From an uncultured Alphaproteobacteria bacterium (lineage in GTDB: Bacteria; Pseudomonadota; Alphaproteobacteria; RF32; CAG-239), in NCBI GenBank assembly GCA_944391405.1, contig CALXTN010000004.1, forward strand, positions 11,293 through 75,292: DNA of 64,000 bases. The letters are read 5' to 3'. The first letter of the stretch is position 1, and every line of letters begins with the position of its first letter. Shown here piece after piece: positions 19,418-28,682 of this stretch. The notes under the pieces were generated by a model. That model saw nothing but the letters and a program-made list of their open reading frames with translations, was not told where the DNA came from and did not search any database. The position numbers and the translations under genes are program-made.

Positions 19418-21375
19418 TGCACTCTGACCACACTACAAAATATACCGTTACGCCCTAATTGACTACAAATATTATCACCTTCTTCTAAGGATTTCACTGG
19501 ACCGACACGAAGATGAAATACTTCTTTTCCTTGTCCATCTGCTGGAGTATCTACCGAGTAGAATGGTTGATATTTACCTAATGTTGCTGAATAATTTTTT
19601 GAGATATCATTCCATAATTTTTCTAAATTATTTACATCTTTATCCGTTCCTAATTCTATTGAAATATTACTTTCATTACTATTTGCAAATGCCTTTCCAT
19701 CTCTAAACTCTTTAAGCAATGCTTCTGTTTCAGCTGAAACCATTGAATTTTGTTTTTCCAAATTATTCTCTTTGGGTGTAATTAAAACTGGACTAGAGTT
19801 ATTGTTTGAACTTCCTACTTTAGGTGCGACATTATTTGTTCCCGTATTTTGTTGTATATCTTTTTGATAAATTACAGAAGCATCTGACTTATTATTATAT
19901 TGAGGAGTTATCAATTCTGCACCATTTGCCTTAGTATCATACTGCCCAGTTACTGTCACCTCATCTGATGTCTGTTCTGCATTTGGAGCTGATACGAGAG
20001 GCTTTGCTTTGGGTAATGTATCAAGTAAAGTAACACTATTCGTTTTAGGCGTTTCTTTAATTTGGCTATTAATGATTTCCTTTGATGTAGTTTGAGGCGC
20101 AATATTATTTACTGCATTTTTTTTACTACTTATCATATCTTCATAGCTCAAGCTCGAGCTTTTCTCTGTTGAAGAATTATTGGTGCTTTCTGCTGGCCCA
20201 AAAAATGAGTTTATACCAAAAAATGAATCTTTTGTACTGTTTGTGCTATTTTTATTCTCGCCGTAAACATCCTCATAATTTTCTGTATTTTCTTCTTCCG
20301 GCGTTTTCGAATTCTGGTAGTGTTTTGCCTGCAAATCCCATTCATTCGTTTTGGCATAAACTGTATTTTCTAAGCCATCTGAATCTGTTCTCCTTAATTT
20401 TAAACAAACAATCCTTTTACCGCTCCGAAGAACCATATCTCCCATACCTTCAACGATTATCAAACGGTTATTTGGACCTGCGGTTCTAAAACCAACCGGC
20501 GTTTCCGATCTTTCTACAATTAAGGTCACTATAGGTCTCTGATTTGCTGTTAAAGCCTTATCTCCTAAATCTATATAAGTAAAAATATTATCTCGCCATA
20601 CACGTTCCGGGGCTATTATTATATCATCAGGATTTGGTACATATACTTCTATATCAAAACGAAATTGTGTCGGATCTACTGGTATTTTTTCTATCCAATC
20701 TTCTTTCTGCAAATCTCTCGTGAATGTTGAATCTGCACTGTTTCCATTTTGACCATAACTACTTGCGTTGATGTGTCCGCCACTATTATTGTTGCCAATT
20801 ACCGCAGAGCCTGTAGCATTTTGACCTCTTTTGACCACTTCTATATCAATTATTGCATTAGTTATTCTATCTGTATTGACTGTTTCGCTTTGAACATAGA
20901 AAACATATTTATTACCTGAGCGGCCAAAAACAATCATATTAGTATCCACCCCCACAAATTGTGAAGAATCCGGATACACCATTAAACTAGATGGACCTTG
21001 TATTTCTGCATTAAAAGATTGTCCGTCACCAATGTATACATTTTCTATTACTTCCCAATTAGGAAAATTTATTAAAGTATACATTCCTTCACGAACCCTT
21101 ACCGGCAAAACCAATTCCGGTGTCCAATAATATTTTGTATATCCTGGACGACTTTGTCCTTCTCCCATATGTTGAAGAGGATCTTTCCAGGCACTTTGCA
21201 TCATCCCGAGAGACCCTACTCCTCCTAAATAATTTAAATTTGTTGCAGCATAATTCCCTTGGCTTTGATCTGCATTTTGGTCTAAATTATCTTTTGTAAC
21301 CTGTGCTTGCACGGCAGGAGCAAAAATGCCTGCTGAGATTAATATTACAGATAAAATGCTCACTATCTTCATCAT
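19414..21375 (-). CDS. virB9: VirB9/TrbG-family protein fused via a low-complexity linker to a C-terminal SPOR-like domain
   Basis: Signal peptide; VRVREGMYTLINFP...TNMIVFGRSGNKYVFYV (VirB9 NTD); PERVWRDNIFTYI...RPIV...MVLRSGKRIVCL (CTD); C-terminal LWNDISKNY...FHLRVGPVKSLEEGDNICSQLGRNGIFCSVV (SPOR-like). Confidence 0.85.
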   Translation of the reverse strand: MMKIVSILSVILISAGIFAPAVQAQVTKDNLDQNADQSQGNYAATNLNYLGGVGSLGMMQSAWKDPLQHMGEGQSRPGYTKYYWTPELVLPVRVREGMYTLINFPNWEVIENVYIGDGQSFNAEIQGPSSLMVYPDSSQFVGVDTNMIVFGRSGNKYVFYVQSETVNTDRITNAIIDIEVVKRGQNATGSAVIGNNNSGGHINASSYGQNGNSADSTFTRDLQKEDWIEKIPVDPTQFRFDIEVYVPNPDDIIIAPERVWRDNIFTYIDLGDKALTANQRPIVTLIVERSETPVGFRTAGPNNRLIIVEGMGDMVLRSGKRIVCLKLRRTDSDGLENTVYAKTNEWDLQAKHYQNSKTPEEENTENYEDVYGENKNSTNSTKDSFFGINSFFGPAESTNNSSTEKSSSLSYEDMISSKKNAVNNIAPQTTSKEIINSQIKETPKTNSVTLLDTLPKAKPLVSAPNAEQTSDEVTVTGQYDTKANGAELITPQYNNKSDASVIYQKDIQQNTGTNNVAPKVGSSNNNSSPVLITPKENNLEKQNSMVSAETEALLKEFRDGKAFANSNESNISIELGTDKDVNNLEKLWNDISKNYSATLGKYQPFYSVDTPADGQGKEVFHLRVGPVKSLEEGDNICSQLGRNGIFCSVVRVQ

Positions 21376-21394
21376 ATTAATATCCTACATTCTA

Positions 21395-22153
21395 TTAATT
21401 TGTTTTCCGTTCTACCTGCTTATAATCAAGCACTGTGAATCCTAATGGATTTTTTAATCTTTCACCAAATGTTACCTTATTAGATCTATATTGTATTTTT
21501 ATAGATGCTAACCACACACTTAATCTTGGAGTTTCATATTCCGGCATCATGTCTTCCACTCTAAATTCTACCTGCCACCATGTTTCTCCTCGTTCTCCAC
21601 CTACTTCTGATACAGACGATATTTTAATATTTCTGGTTATATTATGATTGCGTATTAAATCAATTGCTTTATCTGCAAAATTCTCTCGAAATTGACTATA
21701 AACACCTGTTGAAGACATTTCTTGTAATGTACTGCCCACCCCCCAGCGTCGCTCCATTTCATCTATATCATTAACAAATGTATTTCGCAATAAAACATAT
21801 TCTTTTATAAATATCTCTGTAAGATACTTATATTCATATATTCTTTGCACTGGATGAATCGTATAAATCTGGTCTTTTTTATCTTTAAAACTAAACAGAT
21901 ATGGCTCTATTCGATAAAGCGGTATAATTGTAAATATCACATATGTCAGTATTAAATTACAGCACATACTAACCGCAAAAATTATAGCAAATGCGCGGGC
22001 TGTCCACAAATATCTTTTTTCTGTTGAATTTTCAACAACAACATCTGCATTTCCTCTCCTCTGGGGGTGAGGTATTCTTGGACGAACTTTTTCAGTTCTC
22101 TGTCCCTCCAGCAACAGTTTTTTCGTATTTTCGGAAGATATTTGCTCAACCAT
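21395..22153 (-). CDS. virB8: VirB8-family protein (copy 2)
   Basis: Single TM, IEPYL, FIKEYVLLRNTF, NTF2-like domain ending KNPLGFTVLDY (NPxG motif). Confidence 0.88.
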   Translation of the reverse strand: MVEQISSENTKKLLLEGQRTEKVRPRIPHPQRRGNADVVVENSTEKRYLWTARAFAIIFAVSMCCNLILTYVIFTIIPLYRIEPYLFSFKDKKDQIYTIHPVQRIYEYKYLTEIFIKEYVLLRNTFVNDIDEMERRWGVGSTLQEMSSTGVYSQFRENFADKAIDLIRNHNITRNIKISSVSEVGGERGETWWQVEFRVEDMMPEYETPRLSVWLASIKIQYRSNKVTFGERLKNPLGFTVLDYKQVERKTN

Positions 22154-22163
22154 ATCTTTTACC

Positions 22164-22352
22164 TTAGCTTATAGCTTTAAACCAATCCGGTAAAGTCTTG
22201 GGCAACTCTACTTCTATACAAGCACACGGCGATAATTTCAATTCATAGATATCTTTACCAATGCCAACCGGCTCCGGCTCGTAGTAACTACCTACTAAAT
22301 TGCATGCTGCTAATACTAAAACAGCAAGACCGATAACTAATGCTTTATACAT
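22164..22352 (-). CDS. virB7: VirB7-like small lipoprotein
   Basis: Lipobox LAAC; LKLSPCAC resembles the K.SPC motif of ComB7/RvhB7-type lipoproteins; lies between two virB8 genes. Confidence 0.7.
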   Translation of the reverse strand: MYKALVIGLAVLVLAACNLVGSYYEPEPVGIGKDIYELKLSPCACIEVELPKTLPDWFKAIS

Positions 22353-22432
22353 GGCTACTCCTCTAAATAATTTTCCATTTATTATTGTTAAAACTTTTAT
22401 TTTTAAAAGTCTAACGAGAAAATAAATTGGTT

Positions 22433-22455
22433 CGACTTATCAACAGGCTAAGTCG
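22433..22455. other. Inverted repeat/hairpin in the virB8-virB7 intergenic region
   Basis: cgactta (22433-22439) / taagtcg (22449-22455), with imperfect outer arms acgagaaaa / ttttcgt. Confidence 0.4.
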
Positions 22456-22492
22456 TTTTTCGTATTATAACTTATTAATGCTTAAAAAATTT

Positions 22493-23251
22493 TTAACTAT
22501 TTATCTCACTTTGGAAATAACCATATACAACAAACCCCAATGGATTTAGCAGACGACGATATGCTGTTCTTCTGCTGGGATCAACATAACTGCGAATATT
22601 GGCTGTCCAATATCTTTCTTCTATAACAGGTTCCACACTGGCTCGACGACTTAACCTGTCTTTCTTGAAAGTAAAATCATAAGTCTTAAACTCAATTTTC
22701 CATGTGTTACTATTTTCACCACCTACTCTTTCAACCGAGAGTATTTCTACTGAACGGCTACTTTCGTTCTCTTGCATTTCTTCTTTTAATTTGGGATAAA
22801 CTTTTTCAAAATCTTTATACACAGGATATGTTGACAAATATGAAACCAACCCGCCCCATAACCAACGTTTGTTCATCTCACTCTCATCTTTTAAGTAGGT
22901 ATTTCGAAGTTCTACATACTGTTTCATAAAATTTATCATTATTTTTTCGCGAGACTCCATCCACCGATCCACGCGTTCTCTTTTGACCAAAGACTGAGAA
23001 TCCGACATATCTACAAATATTTGGGGCTCTATTATTATTTCTGGAGCAAGTTTTAGTATTGATAACGTTGTACATACTCCATATAATAATGATATTGTCG
23101 CAAGCAATGCCATTAAGCGACTTATCCATTTATAATAGATTAGTTTCGCTCTTTTTACTTCTATAACATCTTCTGTTATAAATGCAGGCGCTTCTTTAGT
23201 CTTCCCCTTATTTGTAATCTGTAATATTTTCTGGTTTATTAAATTTACCAT
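22493..23251 (-). CDS. virB8: VirB8-family protein (copy 1)
   Basis: Single TM, IIEPQIF, FMKQYVELRNTY, C-terminal LNPLGFVVYGY (NPxG motif); alignable by eye with 21395-22153. Confidence 0.86.
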   Translation of the reverse strand: MVNLINQKILQITNKGKTKEAPAFITEDVIEVKRAKLIYYKWISRLMALLATISLLYGVCTTLSILKLAPEIIIEPQIFVDMSDSQSLVKRERVDRWMESREKIMINFMKQYVELRNTYLKDESEMNKRWLWGGLVSYLSTYPVYKDFEKVYPKLKEEMQENESSRSVEILSVERVGGENSNTWKIEFKTYDFTFKKDRLSRRASVEPVIEERYWTANIRSYVDPSRRTAYRRLLNPLGFVVYGYFQSEINS

Positions 23252-23270
23252 TTTTTATGTTTATTCCTCA

Positions 23271-26200
23271 CTAGTATATTGGTGCATACGGCACAGCTTG
23301 GCTTTGGTTATCCATAGATTTTAGACCTTCTTCAGTTGCTTCCATAGAGGTTTCACGATTGACTTCAGCCTCGACCTTAGCTGCTTCTACATCTTCTGGT
23401 CTAGAATCAGGTTGAATAAAGGTTACTTCCTCCTCATCTTTTTCGAAGGAGTTTAAGTAGTTTTGAATATTTCGAATACGTTCCGTTACTTTGTCGTGAC
23501 CTTCCATCGTCTTAACGTTTTCGAACCCTTCATACGTTCCTTCTTCATCTGTATAACCCTGCTCTGCTTTATTTATCGCTTCACCTTTTAATTCGTCAAG
23601 TTTACAGAAGATTGTTTCATAATAAGAACCAGAGTTGGATTGTTCACAATTTATCTTATCTTCAAAATATGCGTTATCATTTGAATCCTTAGCTAATCCT
23701 CCGTTTTCCATTATGTATTCTGCACAAACACTATCTGCATCATCGCCACTTTCACCGTTCACCGTTTCTCCATAATTGTGAAGCTGATTGCATAGTGTTT
23801 TTAGAGAATCCTTAATATCTTCTTCATTCTTTTCCAGAGCTTTTTGCGCAGAATGTTCCGCATTTACCGCATCTAAGAATGAACCGATGAGATTGCGTTT
23901 GTACACTGCTGTATCTGCACGTTGGCGCTCAATATTATTTTCTTGGTTTTCGTCACTAAGCAAGTAATCATAAATATTCTTTAATATTGGACGATACTTT
24001 AACTCATCATTTAGCAGTTGACCAAGTTCACTGTATTTACCATACATTGGTTCATTGCTTATTTCTAGCTCCGGTTGGATAGCTTTATCTTGATCTGCTA
24101 ACAAATGGCGTACTCCATTTCCAGATAATGCGATTTCTCGACAATCTTTTTGGTATACTTCCGGCAACTGAGGAGGCGTTAAACGACGCATAAATTGAAT
24201 TTCTGCCACGCTATCATCACCACCACCTGCTATATCTATATATTTATCACCTAATTTACATGGATATATACCGGCTCTATTGATTATAGTTCTGTAGTGT
24301 TCAGGTTCTGCACTGTCAATTCCTTTGTTTTTTAATTGATTTTTTAATTTATCCAAACCATATGAGCGTTCAACAAATGTATGTTGATATTTTCGATCAT
24401 TCCTTAAGTTTGGCGTTGCTAATAAATAACGCCACGTTTCCGGTAAATATTCAACTTGATGCTTCTCGGTATCTTTGTATTTCATATCAACAAGTGCTGA
24501 TAATGATGGTTTTCCATCATTTTGCGGAACGTCATCATAATCTAACGCACTAAAGTAAAATACTTCTCTTACCGGTGCTAAGTTTAATAATGGCTTTCTT
24601 GGCGCATAATAATCGCGACCATCATTGTTATCAACGATAAAATCCTCTGCATTTCGTCCAAATTGAACAAATGTATTTGTTTGTGAGTCATTATCTTCTT
24701 TTTTACCAAAATATCCTCTTGCCGGCAGGGCTACAAAGTAGTCATCATCCGTTTTAATCTCATCCGGAATGCCAAAGATTTTTTGTAACTCAATATCTGC
24801 TTCGTCAAGTATCTCTTTATTTTCCTCTGTAGGTTGTTTTAAATCCTCCAGCAATTTATAGTGTGTTGCGGTTATTATTTGCGTATCTGTTTTTTGGGCT
24901 TCAGTTGCTCCATCCTTAGCATATTTGTCATGTTCAAAAATAGCTGAATCTGCACCATTATTATCTGTTCCGGTTATTTTCCATCTTTGCATGACGGATG
25001 TAACTTTTTTAGCGGCTGCTTCAATTTCTGTTTCAATGATTTCATCAGCTCTTAAAATTTTCTTTTTCAATTCTTTTGCCGCATCTTTAACAGCTTTTTC
25101 CTTTATTGCTTGAGCCAGCCTCTCTCGTGTATAGGTTCCGCCATTTATTCCATCAAAGACATTATCTTCAATATAAAATTTCTCAACGACGCCTGCTTGC
25201 TTTAACTTTTGAGCAGCCTGATTTTCCCAATTTGGGGTAAACCATCTATCATTAATACTATCTTGAATAATGCCTTCAAGTTCACTCTCTACTTGATTTT
25301 GATTGTTTGTATTTGTATTTCCAAACATTACTCGAGCCATTGTCCAACTTAAATTGTCAGATTTATATCCATACTCTGTGTTGTATTCGTTACATGGTAA
25401 CCAAGGAAGTATCTGATTACACCTTTCTCTATTTTTGTTCTCCATTCTATCCGGAAATGTGCCATCCTCTTTGGGCTCTAATTTATTTTCTAATTTTCTA
25501 TTTTCGTTTTCTATTTTCGTTTGTCCTTCTTCTGATTCCTTAATATAATCCTCAGCAAACTCGGTTGCCGTTGTTTCAAGTTTTTGATTTAGTTCATCAA
25601 CTTTTTCTTGTAATACACTCATCATCGACTTTGCACTAGTGATTTCTGTATTCATTTGAGTTATTATATTGGACAATTCTCCAACATTTTGGAATTCTAT
25701 GTCAGTACCTTGGTATATTTCTTCTTTTTCTTTACTAGCTTCGGAACGATATTCTTTGCATACCTCATGATTATCATCTTCAGGAGCTTGATAGCATATA
25801 TATTTTAATTCTTCTTTTAGCGCAGGAATTTGACCTTTTTTCTGTGCTAATGTTGGATTGTCAAATTTATTTGAGTCGTCACCAGCCCCTTTTTCTATTG
25901 ATTCAATTTCCTTTTGCAATCCAGCTTTTTGTTTTGGATTATTGTTTTGAAGCTCTTCTAGTTCTTCAACGCGATTTTCTAGTTCGGCAATTTGTGAAAT
26001 AATTGCAGATACGCGTTGTAATGAGCGTTGACGTTCTTCTACAGCATTATTTTTATTTGTTGTTGCCGTATCTAACTTATCAACATAGTTGTTTCTTTGA
26101 TTTATGGTTTCTTCAAGCTCTTTTTTGATAGCATCTATTTTGGTATTATAATCCTGTATAAGGTCCTGCAGATTTTGTTCTACTTTTTTTCTTGTATTTA

Positions 26201-28682
26201 AGATGCCTATGAAGTGATCTGCCGCAACAACTCTTCCAGCTTTGTTAGTTTGTTTATATAAGTGCTCATTTTGTTTATCATAATCACGCGGACAAGTTTG
26301 TTCATATGTTCCGTCTTGCTTCCAGCTGGCAATTACTCCTGGAATATATTTTTTGACTAGGAATTTAGTAGAGAAATCCCATTCTCCAGGGCATTTATCT
26401 CCTTTATCTTCTATTTTACTATAATCAGTCTTCTCTTTTGTGAAATCGCAGCCACCATTTTCACTCTTAATAGCTTGGCTGTAGCTTTCGCTCCTTACAG
26501 TGATATTATCACAACTATCCCTTTTGGTAAGTTTTATTTTACCAGTGCTATTATCACCTTTTACAATGCATGTGTTTACTATTCTTTCTCCTGAGCACGA
26601 TATCGTTTTAACCGCAACGCATTCTAGAACGTCATTTGTTGGAGAGGAAGGACATTCGCCTACATAGCCGCCATTTTTACATTTCTCATTGAATAAATTT
26701 TTTGCCACCTCTGTTGTCAATTGACACGAAGACACCGCCGGCAATATTTTTTCAATTAGACCATTTTCGTTATAGCTATTTGTTAAAATATTTGCCACAC
26801 GTTGCGAAAGCATGCCTTGGTCTACAGTATTAATCATCATGCGTATATTGCGGTATTTATTGCGCAGATATTCTGTTTGCAGGTCCTTTTGATCATTCCA
26901 TGGGGCAAATTTTAGTGTTCCGTTCTCGGTTAGCTCCATTATGTTGTCATAGCCTATACGCCAATTTTTCTCGGCCTTTATTCTGTTTTCTGTTTCTATA
27001 TTTTCAGCCTCATTTCCATCTTTTAAATAATCCATATCGTTATACTTGAGTTCTTCAACGATACTGTAATCATCTAATTTGGGTGTATATGATACTTTGG
27101 GATCTTCTTCCGGATCTGTATCTGATGTTATTGTATTTAATACACAAGCAAATTTTGTTGTGCTTTCTACTTGTTTTCCGGTGCTGTCTGTGTAGACACA
27201 TGGATTTCCTTCATCTGGTGTATAGCCGTCTGGACAAGTTTCATAGAATCCACTGCAGTCATCCGAATCTGTACCGATTAATTTATCTGTCGCGTCTTCT
27301 TGATACTCCTCAATAACTTTCTTTGATAAACCTCCGCGATTTTCATGGTCATTGACTTTGGACGGTTTCCGGCCTTCATACCATATCTTTTCTCCTTGAT
27401 TATTACTATATTTATCTAGGAAACTTACCACATTTTTTTCACTTTCTTCTAATACTTTGAGCATTCTTTCGTGTATTTCTTTTGATTTTAGGTATTTTCT
27501 GTATTGGGTTTTATATTCTGCTAATTGCGATTTTAGATTATGCAGATTCATTGCTTTGTTTATCTGCTCATCAATTGGCTGTAGTTTACCTAAAATTGTT
27601 GTATCATCTGTATTAAGAATTTCAGTAGAATCATCATTTTTATCTGGACAGTTGCTGCCTCCTTGGGCACATACGTCGCTTCTTTTATACTCTCCTCCCA
27701 GCATTTTTCCTGCTGCTAAAGCATAATCTCTACTTTCATTGTATGCAAATCTATATCTTGTATTAATATAATCCTCTGCTGAAGATTGATTGTCTAATTC
27801 AGAAGATTGATTGTCTGGCTCTACCGGATCAACACTATCTATTTGTACTGCTGATAAAAATTGAGCTTCAGTTCCGGTCAAATCTTCAACGATGCGCATT
27901 AATCTATCGTATACTGTTGTGACAATATAGGCGTTCAAAACTTCCCCATATTGCCCCGGATTTGTACTGTCTTCTGGTTTACCTTCTTTATCTAAACTGT
28001 CTTTTTGGGGCTCAACATAGGCCATTTGTAATCCAAAAAACACACAATGCTTTTCCACCTCTGGATACATCCCTTTTTGGCAGTTATCTAGGCGCTCTAT
28101 AGTTTTTTCTACTAAGGCAAGGTAATTTTCTGTTACACGGCCAGTTAAATATGTTTCCATAGTAATATCTTGCATGTATTCATTTGCCTTGCGTTTATAT
28201 GCTTGCTTTACTGCCGGATAATTTACAACGGGGGATGTTCCATCTTCTGCATCGCTCTCTGGTAGTTGATAGCTGTTTTTTGGGGGATATACAAAAAATA
28301 GAGTATGAAACGCGTTAAAGTACTCTTCTTCATTTATATCACCCGATATCCCTAATAAACTACTTGCTTTTAATTTTCCTTTTCCCGGAGCTTTGTTGGT
28401 GTCTCCTTCTTCCTCTGCACTAAACGTAGTCTTCAAAAACTTTTGTCCTTTTTTTAGAATTTCAAGTTTTTGACTGTTTAATTCCGACTTTATGGTCTGA
28501 AGTTGGCGGTATGTAGCTTTTATATTTGACACAATCTTATTGGCATTACCAGGAATATCCACTTCAATATCCCATGGCATTGGGGGTAAGAGCCCAAAAG
28601 CTTTTGCTTCTTGTATCCCTGCTCCTAAGATAAACACACTCAGAATTAGGCTTTGTAAAACTTTTAACTGCTTTCTAACCAT
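23271..28682 (-). CDS. 1803-aa secreted Cys-rich / coiled-coil protein (putative T4SS adhesin or tip protein)
   Basis: Signal peptide ending AKA; helical N-domain like neighbouring paralogues; several Cys clusters; central heptad coiled coil (QNLQDLIQDYNTKIDAIKKELEE...); no other TM segment. Confidence 0.75.
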   Translation of the reverse strand: MVRKQLKVLQSLILSVFILGAGIQEAKAFGLLPPMPWDIEVDIPGNANKIVSNIKATYRQLQTIKSELNSQKLEILKKGQKFLKTTFSAEEEGDTNKAPGKGKLKASSLLGISGDINEEEYFNAFHTLFFVYPPKNSYQLPESDAEDGTSPVVNYPAVKQAYKRKANEYMQDITMETYLTGRVTENYLALVEKTIERLDNCQKGMYPEVEKHCVFFGLQMAYVEPQKDSLDKEGKPEDSTNPGQYGEVLNAYIVTTVYDRLMRIVEDLTGTEAQFLSAVQIDSVDPVEPDNQSSELDNQSSAEDYINTRYRFAYNESRDYALAAGKMLGGEYKRSDVCAQGGSNCPDKNDDSTEILNTDDTTILGKLQPIDEQINKAMNLHNLKSQLAEYKTQYRKYLKSKEIHERMLKVLEESEKNVVSFLDKYSNNQGEKIWYEGRKPSKVNDHENRGGLSKKVIEEYQEDATDKLIGTDSDDCSGFYETCPDGYTPDEGNPCVYTDSTGKQVESTTKFACVLNTITSDTDPEEDPKVSYTPKLDDYSIVEELKYNDMDYLKDGNEAENIETENRIKAEKNWRIGYDNIMELTENGTLKFAPWNDQKDLQTEYLRNKYRNIRMMINTVDQGMLSQRVANILTNSYNENGLIEKILPAVSSCQLTTEVAKNLFNEKCKNGGYVGECPSSPTNDVLECVAVKTISCSGERIVNTCIVKGDNSTGKIKLTKRDSCDNITVRSESYSQAIKSENGGCDFTKEKTDYSKIEDKGDKCPGEWDFSTKFLVKKYIPGVIASWKQDGTYEQTCPRDYDKQNEHLYKQTNKAGRVVAADHFIGILNTRKKVEQNLQDLIQDYNTKIDAIKKELEETINQRNNYVDKLDTATTNKNNAVEERQRSLQRVSAIISQIAELENRVEELEELQNNNPKQKAGLQKEIESIEKGAGDDSNKFDNPTLAQKKGQIPALKEELKYICYQAPEDDNHEVCKEYRSEASKEKEEIYQGTDIEFQNVGELSNIITQMNTEITSAKSMMSVLQEKVDELNQKLETTATEFAEDYIKESEEGQTKIENENRKLENKLEPKEDGTFPDRMENKNRERCNQILPWLPCNEYNTEYGYKSDNLSWTMARVMFGNTNTNNQNQVESELEGIIQDSINDRWFTPNWENQAAQKLKQAGVVEKFYIEDNVFDGINGGTYTRERLAQAIKEKAVKDAAKELKKKILRADEIIETEIEAAAKKVTSVMQRWKITGTDNNGADSAIFEHDKYAKDGATEAQKTDTQIITATHYKLLEDLKQPTEENKEILDEADIELQKIFGIPDEIKTDDDYFVALPARGYFGKKEDNDSQTNTFVQFGRNAEDFIVDNNDGRDYYAPRKPLLNLAPVREVFYFSALDYDDVPQNDGKPSLSALVDMKYKDTEKHQVEYLPETWRYLLATPNLRNDRKYQHTFVERSYGLDKLKNQLKNKGIDSAEPEHYRTIINRAGIYPCKLGDKYIDIAGGGDDSVAEIQFMRRLTPPQLPEVYQKDCREIALSGNGVRHLLADQDKAIQPELEISNEPMYGKYSELGQLLNDELKYRPILKNIYDYLLSDENQENNIERQRADTAVYKRNLIGSFLDAVNAEHSAQKALEKNEEDIKDSLKTLCNQLHNYGETVNGESGDDADSVCAEYIMENGGLAKDSNDNAYFEDKINCEQSNSGSYYETIFCKLDELKGEAINKAEQGYTDEEGTYEGFENVKTMEGHDKVTERIRNIQNYLNSFEKDEEEVTFIQPDSRPEDVEAAKVEAEVNRETSMEATEEGLKSMDNQSQAVPYAPIY

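Noticed and set aside
27781-27815. 14-bp direct repeat with 21-bp period (DNQSSELDNQSS)
   Set aside because: Small in-frame linker duplication; no wider pattern.
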